A stretch of DNA of 64,000 bases from Phycisphaerae bacterium (lineage in GTDB: Bacteria > Planctomycetota > Phycisphaerae > UBA1845 > Fen-1342), in contig JASFQK010000015.1 in assembly GCA_050115495.1 (NCBI GenBank), positions 75,887-139,886 of the forward strand, read 5' to 3'. Shown here in pieces: positions 40,903-50,842 of this stretch. The position numbers and the translations under genes were made by a program. Numbering within the stretch: position 1 is the first letter of the stretch; each line of letters opens with the position of its first letter. The notes beneath the pieces are model-generated. The model had not been told where the DNA came from and did not search any database. It saw only the letters and a list, made by a program, of their open reading frames with translations.

Positions 40903-42189
40903 TCACGGCCGCACCTGCTGGTCGCCCCGCCCCATCGGCGGTGGAACACGATCAACACGATCAACTCGATCAGGTCGCTGCTTCACGTGTTGCTCGTCTT
41001 CGTCGTCTTTATCGTGTGTATCATCAATACTGGCAGGTGCGACGCCTTCTGCCCCGGTGCCACCTGTCGCCCGGGACGCGGGCGACGGAAGCTCCCAAGT
41101 CCAGGGCGGGTTCTTGATACCCTTTGGCCGATTCTTCACAACACCGACTCGCTTGGCGGCTCTGACTAAAGTGCCCTGGGCGATTTCTGCGTTGACCGCC
41201 CGGTCGCGCAGCGCCTCCACCTCCACCGGCCCGTTCGCAAGCTGTTCCTTGAGCCATTCCTTCGCCCTCTCGGTCGCGCCCTTGCCCACGCTGCTACCCT
41301 GCTCGGAGGCGAGGGCCTCGTCGGCGGCCAATTCCACGGGCTCTTGATCCCAAGAGACAGCCGGGCCGTCCCCATCGTCACGGATGACGAAGCCGAGACC
41401 GGGGGGGACCTCAGCGTTGTTCAGCTTCGCGCACGTCATGAGACGCCGTCGCGGGTTCTCCCTATCCCGCGATATCAGCCAAGTCGCACGAGCAAAGGCC
41501 GTGAACGCGATGGACCCGCCCACCCGATAGACCGCTTTGGGCTGTGCCACGTTCTTGTTGAGATGCTTCACCAAGAGGACGGCAACGTGGTGTTGTTCCG
41601 CAAGCTGCTTCAACGGCCCGAGTGCCACTCGCACATCCTCGTTCTGGTTCGTGTCCGTGTGGCCCAGGAAGCCGTCCACGGGGTCAATGATGATTAGTCT
41701 CACGCCCTTTCTCTTTCTTACCTCCTGCTCAAGCAATGCAATGTGGTCTTCGAGGCAAAACGGGGTGTCCCGTTCGTCCCCACGCGATCGTACGGCCGTC
41801 AATGCGACGATTCGTGCGGGGTTAGCTCCCGCCGCGGTCAACCGGGGCTTCACAGCATCGTCGAGGTTGTCCTCGGCAGCGAGTATGATGACGTCCCCCT
41901 CCTTATTGGGCTCGTTCGGTTGATCTGGCCACCGCGTTCCGGCCGAGACCCTCGCCGCGATATCGAGCGTCACAAAGGACTTGCCCAAGCCGGGGTCCCC
42001 AGCGACTATGTTGAGGGCACCGAGTTGGATGCGCTTGGGCCACAGCCATTCCGCGGGCCTTGCAACGACTTTCGTCAGCGGTACAAGCACGGCCCTAGCT
42101 TCCGGTTTCTTCCGCCTCTGAGCTGCCCGCTTGGCCGGTCTGGACGCGGACGACCCGAGGCGCTGTTTCTGGCGCGAGCTTCCACTCAT
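40903..42189 (-). CDS. AAA_25/RepA-like replicative helicase
   Basis: EWLW, GDPGLGKS, AAED, IIIDP, KHLNK, GGSIAF. Confidence 0.85.
   Translation of the reverse strand: MSGSSRQKQRLGSSASRPAKRAAQRRKKPEARAVLVPLTKVVARPAEWLWPKRIQLGALNIVAGDPGLGKSFVTLDIAARVSAGTRWPDQPNEPNKEGDVIILAAEDNLDDAVKPRLTAAGANPARIVALTAVRSRGDERDTPFCLEDHIALLEQEVRKRKGVRLIIIDPVDGFLGHTDTNQNEDVRVALGPLKQLAEQHHVAVLLVKHLNKNVAQPKAVYRVGGSIAFTAFARATWLISRDRENPRRRLMTCAKLNNAEVPPGLGFVIRDDGDGPAVSWDQEPVELAADEALASEQGSSVGKGATERAKEWLKEQLANGPVEVEALRDRAVNAEIAQGTLVRAAKRVGVVKNRPKGIKNPPWTWELPSPASRATGGTGAEGVAPASIDDTHDKDDEDEQHVKQRPDRVDRVDRVPPPMGRGDQQVRP
40945..41025. repeat. 9-bp iteron-like repeats in the 3' end of the helicase gene
   Basis: AACACGATC-AACACGATC-AACTCGATC followed by degenerate inverted 9-bp units. 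Confidence 0.6.
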
Positions 42190-42446
42190 TGTCGCACCGC
42201 CTCTCCGGCCTCGAACGCCCGCATGTCGCACCCGCATTCGATGAACCGGGCGATGTCGCTCTCACGCCAGCGCACCGACCGAGCCAGCCGCACCGGCAAC
42301 GGGAGTCGCTCGGAGCCAGCCAGCTTCCATACTTGCCGCGTGCTCACGCCGAGCCGCGCCGCTACATCTCGCACACTCAACAGTCTGTCTTCCATCATTG
42401 CCGCAACTTGTCTTTCGCACTTCGCCGCTGATTCAATCTGCATCAT
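42186..42446 (-). CDS. AlpA-family excisionase/regulator
   Basis: LLSVRDVAARLGVSTRQVWKL..PLPVRLARSVRW. Confidence 0.88.
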   Translation of the reverse strand: MMQIESAAKCERQVAAMMEDRLLSVRDVAARLGVSTRQVWKLAGSERLPLPVRLARSVRWRESDIARFIECGCDMRAFEAGEAVRQ

Positions 42447-42635
42447 CCTGGCACCTCGTTCCATCCGTGTAGGCCGCACACGCCGTGCGGTCTTCTCGTT
42501 CGATTATGCCAGTCAGTTTGGACGGACGAATGCGGCCGATTTTGTCCGGCGCCCTTGTCCGGCGCGGCGAGTCCGCAAGTGCTTGTGTGTACAGAGTTGA
42601 ACGCCCCCGCAGGTACGGACGGAATTAGTGGCCGG

Positions 42636-43247
42636 TCACTTGACGGATTTTCGGGCTCGCCGCTTTCGGTCCCGATCTATGGCGAGTCTGACCGCGCGTT
42701 CGGTCAAACCCTTCTCTTGGGCCAGTTCCGCGTACGTGCGCCATCGCTTGCCCTCCCACGCTCGGGCAATCTTAGCGTCGGCCGCGGCATCCGTGTCGGC
42801 CGGTCGCCCTCGCCGCTTGCCGGGCGTCGCGCCCCGAACGGCGATCGCGTCGCGAAAGGCCGTCTCGTACTCGACGGGTGCTTCCGACAGCATGTTCGAC
42901 GTGATCGGGGTTCGTTTGCGAGCCGGGCCGTACGTAACCGTCGGTTCCACCTCCAGGATCAGCTCTTCGATCAACTCGTACGCCCGGTGCCGTACGTCTG
43001 CTGGAACGACGTCCCCGGGCAATGGAGGAACTAGCCCCGCATTTGCCATCGCATCGCGTGCCCGCCGCGCGCGCTCCAGAAGCTCGCGTCGGTGCCGCCT
43101 CGACACGACGTAGTAATCCGCCGCACGTGCTGGGTTGAAGGTCTTGCGGATATTGGACCGCCCGCGAATCGGGGGTCTGTAGGCCACCCGCTTGATGAAC
43201 CCAGCGAGGTCCCTGAGGCAATCCTGCCAGACTACACTCTCGACCAT
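42636..43247 (-). CDS. Hypothetical protein with C-terminal HTH-like segment
   Basis: KRRGRP then TYAELAQEKGLTERAVRLAI; start uncertain. Confidence 0.55.
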   Translation of the reverse strand: MVESVVWQDCLRDLAGFIKRVAYRPPIRGRSNIRKTFNPARAADYYVVSRRHRRELLERARRARDAMANAGLVPPLPGDVVPADVRHRAYELIEELILEVEPTVTYGPARKRTPITSNMLSEAPVEYETAFRDAIAVRGATPGKRRGRPADTDAAADAKIARAWEGKRWRTYAELAQEKGLTERAVRLAIDRDRKRRARKSVK

Positions 43248-43374
43248 AGCGTCGCCATCTCCAGAACGGTGGCGCGCACTCGCCTTCTCACGCCCTAGAG
43301 CGCCGGACGCGTTAGCGCGCGCGTTTGGCCGATCCATGCGCCGATCAGAACACGGGGGCCGCCACGCGGTCTCA

Positions 43375-43749
43375 TCAGTCCTGTCCAAACCACTCACGCA
43401 GCTTATCCCGGATGGCTCCCCGCCGCTCTATCGCCTCCACGGTGCGGACCTGAACCAGCTGGCGATCAATGCGACAGGTCACCAGGTGACCCCAGAGAAA
43501 CCCAGGCGAGATCCTCACCTCAAGGTGATGCCGTTTGCCAGCGTGCACGAATGTCTCGTGGAACGGCCAAGTCTGGTCCAATGCTCTCCAGTCAAAAGAC
43601 GCGATCGTCTGGAGGCGCGGCGACGGCGATGCGGTCACGTCAAGTGCGCACACCTCGACTCGGTATGAATGGTCGCTAATCCCAATGTCCACTCTGATTT
43701 GTCCTTGCCACGGCTCGCACGTGCTATGCAGTTCCTTGTCGTACGGCAT
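43375..43749 (-). CDS. Hypothetical protein
   Basis: ATG after AAGGAG; beta-rich globular composition. Confidence 0.5.
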   Translation of the reverse strand: MPYDKELHSTCEPWQGQIRVDIGISDHSYRVEVCALDVTASPSPRLQTIASFDWRALDQTWPFHETFVHAGKRHHLEVRISPGFLWGHLVTCRIDRQLVQVRTVEAIERRGAIRDKLREWFGQD

Positions 43750-43877
43750 GCAGGTCTCTCCTTCCGTCGGACCACTGAGGATCGGTGCGCGCAGCGGCAT
43801 CTCTCGCCTGCGGGGCTCGGTGCACGCATCGTACGCGCATCGCCAGACTCCGTCCGGCCGCCGTCTGGGTATTCGCG

Positions 43878-44342
43878 TTACACGCTAACGGAGCCACTCT
43901 GTGCCCTCGTGGCGGGCCTTGCTGTCGGCGCCCTGGTCGGCCCGGCTCCACGTCCGCGGTCGTCGCAGTTCCCGAGAATGTCGTCGTCCGAGTCCGCCGA
44001 GAGCCCAGCGGCTTCCGCCCGCGCGATCTTCAAGCCTATCGGCGACAGATACAACCCGGCCAGCATGCACAGCCGATGTAGTTCAAACGCCTCTACACGC
44101 GTTCGCGGCGAACGGCGCACGTCTCGGGCTATCTCGCCGCAGTGCCCCGCAACGGATGCGAGCTTCGCCACGAGCGCGGCGCGGATCACGTGGGCGACCC
44201 GCAACCGCTCACGGGCCGCAACCCGGCGGAGCAGTCTCAGCGCCGGGCGTGGCAGCCGGACGTGGACCGTCACGTCGTGCTGCCGCCCCCGCGGTCGCCC
44301 CCGCCGTCGTCCGTGTTGTTTGCTGTCACGTGCTGCAATCAT
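43878..44342 (-). CDS. Putative ribbon-helix-helix DNA-binding protein, possibly leaderless
   Basis: RRRGRPRG then VTVHVRLP..LLRRVAARERLRVAHVIRAAL; TGCTAGAAT 6 nt before the ATG. Confidence 0.5.
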   Translation of the reverse strand: MIAARDSKQHGRRRGRPRGRQHDVTVHVRLPRPALRLLRRVAARERLRVAHVIRAALVAKLASVAGHCGEIARDVRRSPRTRVEAFELHRLCMLAGLYLSPIGLKIARAEAAGLSADSDDDILGNCDDRGRGAGPTRAPTARPATRAQSGSVSV

Positions 44343-44645
44343 ACCCATATTCTAGCAACGCAAGAAGTCTCGCGCCAGCCATATCTCGCTTGACTGTCAG
44401 GAGTTACGAGCGTTCGCCAGCCAGGCCACACAGCCTCCGAGCAGCAGGAAGCCACCTTCCCCGGCTCAGAGCCACAGCCGGCGGACCAGCAGAGCACTCC
44501 GGGACAACAACCCGCCGTTCGCCACGCACGGCCGGCTCGCCCACGTTCCGCCGGAGCAGCGGCCCAACCGGTCCGCTGTCGGGTTTGTGGCGGGGAACGC
44601 GACGCTCCCCACCCGAAGGTAGACCAGGGTATCCCCTGTTTTTTT

Positions 44646-45125
44646 TCAATTCATGCGGTAGGCTTTCCACGCTCCGACAGTCGTATTCGGGTCCACCGTC
44701 GCCATCACGGGGTGAGGTTCCCACTGAATCAAGTAGATCTCGCCCTGAGGCGTGACCGCAACGACCGTTCGTTCGTTTACCTTGATGGCCGCGGCAGTCC
44801 GTACCTCGATTTCCTTGGGGACGATTCCGTCCAAGGATGTCCCTTTGACGGCAATCTCCCGTGGAATACCGGAGATGTCCCCTGTCACGTGGATGCTGTC
44901 TGGAGCCCCGGTCATTTGCACTTCATGTGGAACGCCAGACACCCGGACGGAGTAATCAGCGTGTTTCTCGCGCTCATAGAACGTGCCGCCCCAGAAGGCC
45001 ACAACACCGATGAGAAGCGCGAGAACGAACGGGACGGCGGCGTTCCCGGCCTTCACGGTGATCGTCGGTCGTCCCTGGGGTTGTCTGGAAACCGCCTCTG
45101 CTGTCACGCGTGGTTGTTCGCTCAT
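44646..45125 (-). CDS. Hypothetical membrane-anchored protein with short internal repeats
   Basis: GGAGG RBS, one TM, repeats VSGVPHEV/ISGIPREI/DGIVPKEI. Confidence 0.6.
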   Translation of the reverse strand: MSEQPRVTAEAVSRQPQGRPTITVKAGNAAVPFVLALLIGVVAFWGGTFYEREKHADYSVRVSGVPHEVQMTGAPDSIHVTGDISGIPREIAVKGTSLDGIVPKEIEVRTAAAIKVNERTVVAVTPQGEIYLIQWEPHPVMATVDPNTTVGAWKAYRMN

Positions 45126-45260
45126 GATCCAGCCGACCTCCTGCTGTTATAGTCCCTTTCCCGCCCCAGACACGGCTTGCGGCACTTCTCTCCCCGTACC
45201 GAGTTGGCATCCTGAAACGCATGCTCCGAAGCACACGCCGAGACCGTTGAGGTTTGCCTG

Positions 45261-47015
45261 TCACCGCCCGGTCAGCAGCGCCACAAACGGGCCGATGTCA
45301 AAGTTGTTCACCATGCTGTCGGCGTTGATGTCTGCGTTGGCGGGGGTGCAGTCCGGGTAGGCCGCCGCGTAGCCGGCGGGATTGGTCAGGGCCAGCACGA
45401 ACGGGCTGATGTCGAAGTTGTCCACGACCCCGTCGCAATTCGGGTCGCCGGGCAGCGGGCATAGTTCGTCCCCTGGCGGCGGGCACGCGCCGTATTCGTA
45501 GGCTCCCATGTCGATGATCGGCGCCCCGCCGTAGCCGGTGTCCGACGTTCCCGGGTCGTCACAGAACCGGGCGTTGCCGTCCAGGTCGATCGGTAGCAGT
45601 TCCGTCAGGCACTCGTCCGTGTCCACGTCGAGTTCGTCACGCCCCACGGCGGAGTTGTCTCCCGCGTCAATGCAGGGTGACCCGGCCGCCAGCCGATAGT
45701 CGCCGTTCGTTGCGGACACGAAGAGCGGGTCACTCCCGGTGTTGCCCACGCCGCCGTAGACGCCGGACCAGCCTTCCACACACGAGTAGGTGACGACGTG
45801 GTCGCCGCAACAGAGATCAAGCTGGGCCGATTCACCGCTCCCGGTGTGGTCAGAGTTGCCCCACAGCACGGACGACCGGATTGTCGCGTCGCCCATCGCG
45901 TAGACCCCTCCGCCGAAACCGCCCGCTTCGTTGTCCGCGACCGTGCAAGCGCTGAGCGTGGCATCGCCACCGAGCGTATGAACGGCGCCACCGTACTCAA
46001 AGGCGAAGTTCCGTTCGAATGAGGAGTTGATGAACTGCGCGGGCGCGACGAACAGATAGACAGCCCCGCCCTCGCGCGCCATGTTTTCGGCGAACCTGCA
46101 ATTGCTGACCTTCGCCAACGGGCAGCTCAGGTAAATCGCTCCTCCCCAGGCTTCCGCAGTATTGTTTGCGAACGCGCAGTTCGAGACTTCTGCAGACGCC
46201 TCAGCGTTAAGGTAAATGGCACCACCCGCATAGGCGTGGTTATCCACAAAACTACACGAGGTTATGACGAGGTGCTGCGACCCTGAACCTATGCGGTAGT
46301 AGATCGCCCCTCCGTTGTCGCTGCTCGCATTCTCCCTGAAGGCACAATTCTCTACTCGCGCATCGCAGTCCTGTAGCCGCACGCAACCGCTTGGCCCCAT
46401 CGCCACGTTGTCCTCAAACGTGCACCCCGCCACAAGAAGCGCCTCGTTGCTGGCATGAATGCCCGCTGATGAGTTGTCGCGAAACAGGCAATCCAAGACA
46501 CGCACTTCGATGTCGGGGTTGCCGTACGTGATGACGCCCGGTGGCGCCATTTCTTCGAAGATGCAGGCCTCAATGGTCACGAGGCACCCCGGAATATGTA
46601 GAGCGTAAGAGCCGTTTCCTCGGCGAAACGTGATACCGCGTATGACCGTCTCATGAGATTCGCAAGTGCCGAACTGGACACCCCACACTCCGGGGGCGTT
46701 CTGCATGTCGATGACACACGCCGTGGGCTGCCCGTAGCTCTCGATGGTCAGCGCCTTGAAAGATATGTACAGGTTCGTGTTGCCTGCACCCATGTACACG
46801 CCGTCCGCAATCAGCACCGTGTCGCCCGTGGTGGCCGCGGCGTCGATGCCCGCCTGAATGGTCCGCTTGGGGCCGCAGCTTCCGCCGTCCCACGCTTCAC
46901 AAAGGCCGTCCCAACCGTCGTTGCCCGTTGTGCCGTTCACGTAGATCGTCCGTGCCGGGCACACCGACACCACCAGACCGACAAGAACCGCACAGATTGT
47001 CGCCGCTGCTTTCAT
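45261..47015 (-). CDS. Secreted right-handed beta-helix (PMP-like) protein with C-terminal dockerin-like domain
   Basis: Signal peptide, TIQAGID, repeated FxxN..GGA(I/V)[26 protein letters not shown]. Confidence 0.88.
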   Translation of the reverse strand: MKAAATICAVLVGLVVSVCPARTIYVNGTTGNDGWDGLCEAWDGGSCGPKRTIQAGIDAAATTGDTVLIADGVYMGAGNTNLYISFKALTIESYGQPTACVIDMQNAPGVWGVQFGTCESHETVIRGITFRRGNGSYALHIPGCLVTIEACIFEEMAPPGVITYGNPDIEVRVLDCLFRDNSSAGIHASNEALLVAGCTFEDNVAMGPSGCVRLQDCDARVENCAFRENASSDNGGAIYYRIGSGSQHLVITSCSFVDNHAYAGGAIYLNAEASAEVSNCAFANNTAEAWGGAIYLSCPLAKVSNCRFAENMAREGGAVYLFVAPAQFINSSFERNFAFEYGGAVHTLGGDATLSACTVADNEAGGFGGGVYAMGDATIRSSVLWGNSDHTGSGESAQLDLCCGDHVVTYSCVEGWSGVYGGVGNTGSDPLFVSATNGDYRLAAGSPCIDAGDNSAVGRDELDVDTDECLTELLPIDLDGNARFCDDPGTSDTGYGGAPIIDMGAYEYGACPPPGDELCPLPGDPNCDGVVDNFDISPFVLALTNPAGYAAAYPDCTPANADINADSMVNNFDIGPFVALLTGR

Positions 47016-47127
47016 GGTCAGCCCCTTTCACAAAGGACGTGCCTCTCGTGAGCGTGGGAACCGCCACGGAATCCCGCCCATGCCCCTGCGCTGAGCCGGA
47101 TTCCGGCGGATGCATCCCCACACCGCC

Positions 47128-47156
47128 ATGCTACCCAGCGGCCCGAGCCGGTTCAA
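47128..47156 (-). promoter_or_regulatory. Sigma70 promoter of the beta-helix gene
   Basis: TTGAAC-17 bp-TAGCAT on minus strand. Confidence 0.5.
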
Positions 47157-47763
47157 GGCACTTGAACGCACCACGGCGCTTCCCCGTGTCTGCCGATGTT
47201 AAGATGTGCACCGGCCCAATTTCATGGGGGACCTTCCGCAAAAAAACGGCCTTACCCCTGCCCTGGTCGGCGCGGCCGGGGCCGAACCAGTTACGCCGCG
47301 TACTGCCGCCTGAAGGCTTGCCCGCGTCCACCCGATCGGCAAACAGACTCGTTCGGACGCGACGGTGCCCGCTCACGCGCCACACCCGGCCCGTGACGCG
47401 GGGCGCCACGTGCTCCGTGCCAGCGTTTGCCCGCTTCGGCGGACGGAACACCCGCCGGCAGCGCGGCCCCGTTTCGCGGCGGCCCTGCCGTGGGGCCGTC
47501 CAAACCGGCGTCCAGGGCGATTCCTCGCTGATGCCTACCCGGCGGCCGCCGCGCTGCTGATCGTTGATTCTGGGGTCTCTCCCGCGGTCTGGCGCGCCTT
47601 CTGGGCGTACCGATGCTGTCGTTGCCGTCCGCAGCCGGCCAGCTGGTCGCCGGGCTCGCTTGACGATCCGCGGCGCTGCGGGCGCCGCCACGTGGCTGCG
47701 GGTCGCCAGCGATAATAGCGGCCAGGCGGAGTGGCGGAACCGCTAACAGCAGCCCTGGAAGCG

Positions 47764-48120
47764 TAACCCCTGTAGCGGCAAGGGTTTAGAAAAGAGGACC
47801 TCTAGGGTTGAGACAGCTTGCCAAGGGGTGTGACAAATCAGGCATCTGGGTATGCTTTGTCGCAAGCTATCGTAAATGCTTTCCGGGGCGTGGCTTAGAA
47901 AAGAGGACCTCCAGGGTTGAGACAGAGAGACAGTTTTGTCAATCAACATACATGAGGCTTCCCCTCCTGTTGAATAAGGGGTCTATATGTATGTACGCAA
48001 AATCGCTGTCTCACTGTCTCAGACCGATTGGTCCGCAATTTAAGCCCTTACGGCCACGTAGCTTATAGCGGCCCGGGGTGAGACAGCGGACCTCCATGTC
48101 CGTTGTCACAGAGTGTCTCA
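47764..48120. repeat. Iteron/AT-rich origin-like region
   Basis: 31-bp direct repeat (47786-47816, 47895-47925, 1 mismatch); TGAGACAG/CTGTCTCA units facing an AT-rich core 47934-48005. Confidence 0.7.
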
Positions 48121-48313
48121 CCAGCGGCTCACCCCCTGGTCTAGGAAGTCTAGGCGGGGAATTTGCAGGGGGGTTGTCGCAAAAAGAATGGCTTACCCCC
48201 GCGCTATGGGCCGCGGCGAGGGCCAAACCACGTCGCGCGTCGCGGGCATCGCGGGCAACTGGGGGACCCGTCAAGTGTATGGCTAGAGTACCTAGAACGC
48301 GCGGGTTGCCCGA

Positions 48314-50443
48314 TCAACCGACGGCAGACGCCGACGCTCGGCTGGGGTGCATGGCTCGGGCGAACGTGGTGAGGCTGTCGTTTGGGCGGGATGCACAGCG
48401 AGCCCAGGTGGGCGAGGCGGGCAGAATGGTATGGGGCCGCGTGGCGCCAGAGAGAACCCACGCCGGGCTAGGCTGCGTGGGGCCGTGGCAACTGGCCGTT
48501 GGGACATCGACGCGCCGACCGACGGTCGGACTGGGGTTACCGATCATACGTCGGTGGGGACGGCCGGCGGAAGGCGGAGTTGGAGCGCTCGCCTGTACCG
48601 TCGCGACGACGCCCGCCCGCACGGGCTCCGGCAGCGTCGGCCACGCGGTCACGACCGCCGCCAAGTCCGGGGCGCTGCTGGCAAGCTCCGCCAAGCAGTC
48701 CGCCAAGCGGTCGCCCGCCGTGGCCTTATCTCCCTGTTCCGCAAGTGCTTGTGATCCCGCCCCCGCAGCCTTCCAATCCGCGTCCATCGTGGCACTTACA
48801 GCAGCCCTGCCCGAAGGCCGATCATCACCGCTTGTGCCAGCTTGCGACCCGTTCGTACACGCGTTGCCGGAATCTGGTACAAGCGTTGGTACAAGAAAAC
48901 TCCGGCCGTCCGTGCCCGTCGCCTTCGCCCGCTGGGCGTCCGGCCGCCCGATCGGCGGAAGTGCCGGCAGAGCGTCGAGCGCACCGGCCACGTCGAGTAG
49001 CCGCGGGTCGGTGTACGTGTTCATCGTGAGTTCAATCGTGCTGTGCCGCATCGCGGCTTGCGCCACGCGCGGCGTCACCCCGCCTTTGCTCAAGTGCGTT
49101 CCGAAGGTGTGCCGAAGGGAATGCACGTCGAGCACGCGGCCGCGGTCGTCTCGCTTCGGTATGTCCGCCACCTCAAGGTCCCGGTCGAACGCCCGTACCA
49201 AGTCTGCCGGAACGTGAAACAGCGGCGTATCGTCCGGCAGCCGGGCCGGCAACGGCAATCCCTTCGCCTTCGCTGCGGCCCGCGCCGCGTCGAGCCGTTC
49301 CCCGAGCCAAGCGTTCAGGTCGGCCACCAAGTCGGACCGCAACGGGATTTCCGCCCCACGGCCGGCCTTCTCATCGGCCGCGGCGAGCACCGCATACGCC
49401 ACCCGCCCGTCAAGCTCAAGCTGTGCGACGGTCAGCGAAGCAAGCTCACCCTTTCGAAGCCCCGTCAGTAGCAGTGCCTTGTATATCAAGGCCCGCTCAC
49501 GGCCGCGGCGTTCAAGTTCGGCGATGAAATCGGGCCGCTTGGCGAGCACGTCGCGGGCGTGCGCTTCGGCCGCGCCGAGCGTGCTAAGCGTCAACGGCGC
49601 CCGTTTCCAAGTTCGTCGACTGCGATTGTTCTCACGCTTGCCGGCGTCGGCGAGCTTCACCGTCGGTCGGCCGTACTCGGCAAGCGGGCGCAGCCGCGCC
49701 ACGGTCAGCAGCCGGCGCAGCTCATCTTCCGTCAGTGCCCGACGCGGCCGGCGTTGGTCGGCCTTGCCGTCCCGCTTCGGCGGGCGGGCGAATGGGTTGG
49801 CCGTCAAGCGCTTCGTATCGACGCACCAATTCCCGAAGGCGCACGCCGCCAGTAGGTAGCCGTTCAGCGTGTTGGCGGGCATCCCTTCGGCTTCCCGAGC
49901 GTTCGCCCACTTCTCAAGCGCCGGCCGGCCCAGGTCGCGCAACAGCGTGAAGCCGCAATCGGCGATGACGCGCTTGAGGCGAAACCGGGCGTTGCGGACA
50001 TGCGCCGCGTTCGTCCGCGGCTTCCCGCCCTTGCCGCGCTTCGTGCCCAGATGCTCAAGGTAGGCGTCCACGTGCGTCGAAAGCGCGGTGGTCCGGTGGT
50101 CAAGCACGGCATCTTCCGCGGCCGTCAACGAACCGCAGCGGACCCGCTCGGCCCGTTTTTCAAGCTCGGCGAGCACGATCAACGCCGCGTCGGCGCTTCG
50201 GCAGCCCGTCGCCGTCTTGCGTACGTGCCCGGCCCCGTCGCGGTACTTCGCCGTGAACGTCCGCGCTTCGACAAGCACGCGGTCGATGTCGGCGTGCTCG
50301 CCGTCGGTCGGCGTCGTCACCTTCGCCGTGTGCTTGCGGCCCCGACGGTCGGTCCAGCGGGCGAAGCGCTCGCCTTTGCGGGTGAACACTTCCGCGCCCG
50401 ACGGCAGCGGCTTCGTGTAGGTTTCGCGGTACACGGTGCCCAT
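48314..50443 (-). CDS. Tyrosine recombinase/integrase with long C-terminal tail
   Basis: LTGLRKGEL, HSLRH, MRHS, TY; homologous to 39230-40804. Confidence 0.93.
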   Translation of the reverse strand: MGTVYRETYTKPLPSGAEVFTRKGERFARWTDRRGRKHTAKVTTPTDGEHADIDRVLVEARTFTAKYRDGAGHVRKTATGCRSADAALIVLAELEKRAERVRCGSLTAAEDAVLDHRTTALSTHVDAYLEHLGTKRGKGGKPRTNAAHVRNARFRLKRVIADCGFTLLRDLGRPALEKWANAREAEGMPANTLNGYLLAACAFGNWCVDTKRLTANPFARPPKRDGKADQRRPRRALTEDELRRLLTVARLRPLAEYGRPTVKLADAGKRENNRSRRTWKRAPLTLSTLGAAEAHARDVLAKRPDFIAELERRGRERALIYKALLLTGLRKGELASLTVAQLELDGRVAYAVLAAADEKAGRGAEIPLRSDLVADLNAWLGERLDAARAAAKAKGLPLPARLPDDTPLFHVPADLVRAFDRDLEVADIPKRDDRGRVLDVHSLRHTFGTHLSKGGVTPRVAQAAMRHSTIELTMNTYTDPRLLDVAGALDALPALPPIGRPDAQRAKATGTDGRSFLVPTLVPDSGNACTNGSQAGTSGDDRPSGRAAVSATMDADWKAAGAGSQALAEQGDKATAGDRLADCLAELASSAPDLAAVVTAWPTLPEPVRAGVVATVQASAPTPPSAGRPHRRMIGNPSPTVGRRVDVPTASCHGPTQPSPAWVLSGATRPHTILPASPTWARCASRPNDSLTTFARAMHPSRASASAVG

Positions 50444-50446
50444 GAT

Positions 50447-50656
50447 TCACCCTTCCCGCCGGCGCACGCGCCGGCACTCAATCCCGAAGTGTGCGGCGAG
50501 CTTGTCCGCCAGGTCCAGCCGAAGCGATTGCCCGCCGTTGACGAACCGCACCAGCGATACATGCGTCAGGCCCGTCGCCTTGGCCACGCCCCGGATAGAA
50601 TCGGCTTCGGCGAGCGATTCGCGGAGCAGTTGCGTCATTGTCTTGTGCGTCGGCAT
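50447..50656 (-). CDS. Cro/XRE-like HTH protein
   Basis: SIRGVAKATGL..SLVRFVNG..LRLDLADKLAAHFG. Confidence 0.8.
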   Translation of the reverse strand: MPTHKTMTQLLRESLAEADSIRGVAKATGLTHVSLVRFVNGGQSLRLDLADKLAAHFGIECRRVRRREG

Positions 50657-50711
50657 GGTAGCAATTGTTACCGCCCGACCGGCGTCCGTCAAGCCGGGAT
50701 TTCCTCATTCT

Positions 50712-50841
50712 GCACCCGCGGGGTGCGCCAGCACGTAACCCCGCGGGTGTCTGTGTACCCGTAGGGTACTGTGATACCGGGACTACACGCCCGTAAGCAG
50801 CGGGCGTGCACGCCCGGTTTGTCAGCGGGACTACACGCCCG
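50712..50841. repeat. Iteron-like repeats and palindromes (candidate origin of element 2)
   Basis: CGGGACTACACGCCCG at 50778 and 50826, palindrome CGGGCGTGCACGCCCG at 50801, GTACCCGTAGGGTAC at 50755. Confidence 0.6.
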
Positions 50842-50842
50842 C

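Larger units (their letters stand above)
39099..47160. mobile_element. Integrative element 1 (capsid-less, satellite/IME-like); right boundary approximate
   Basis: att-like repeat, integrase, RepA-type helicase, AlpA, regulators and cargo; no distal att seen. Confidence 0.7.
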
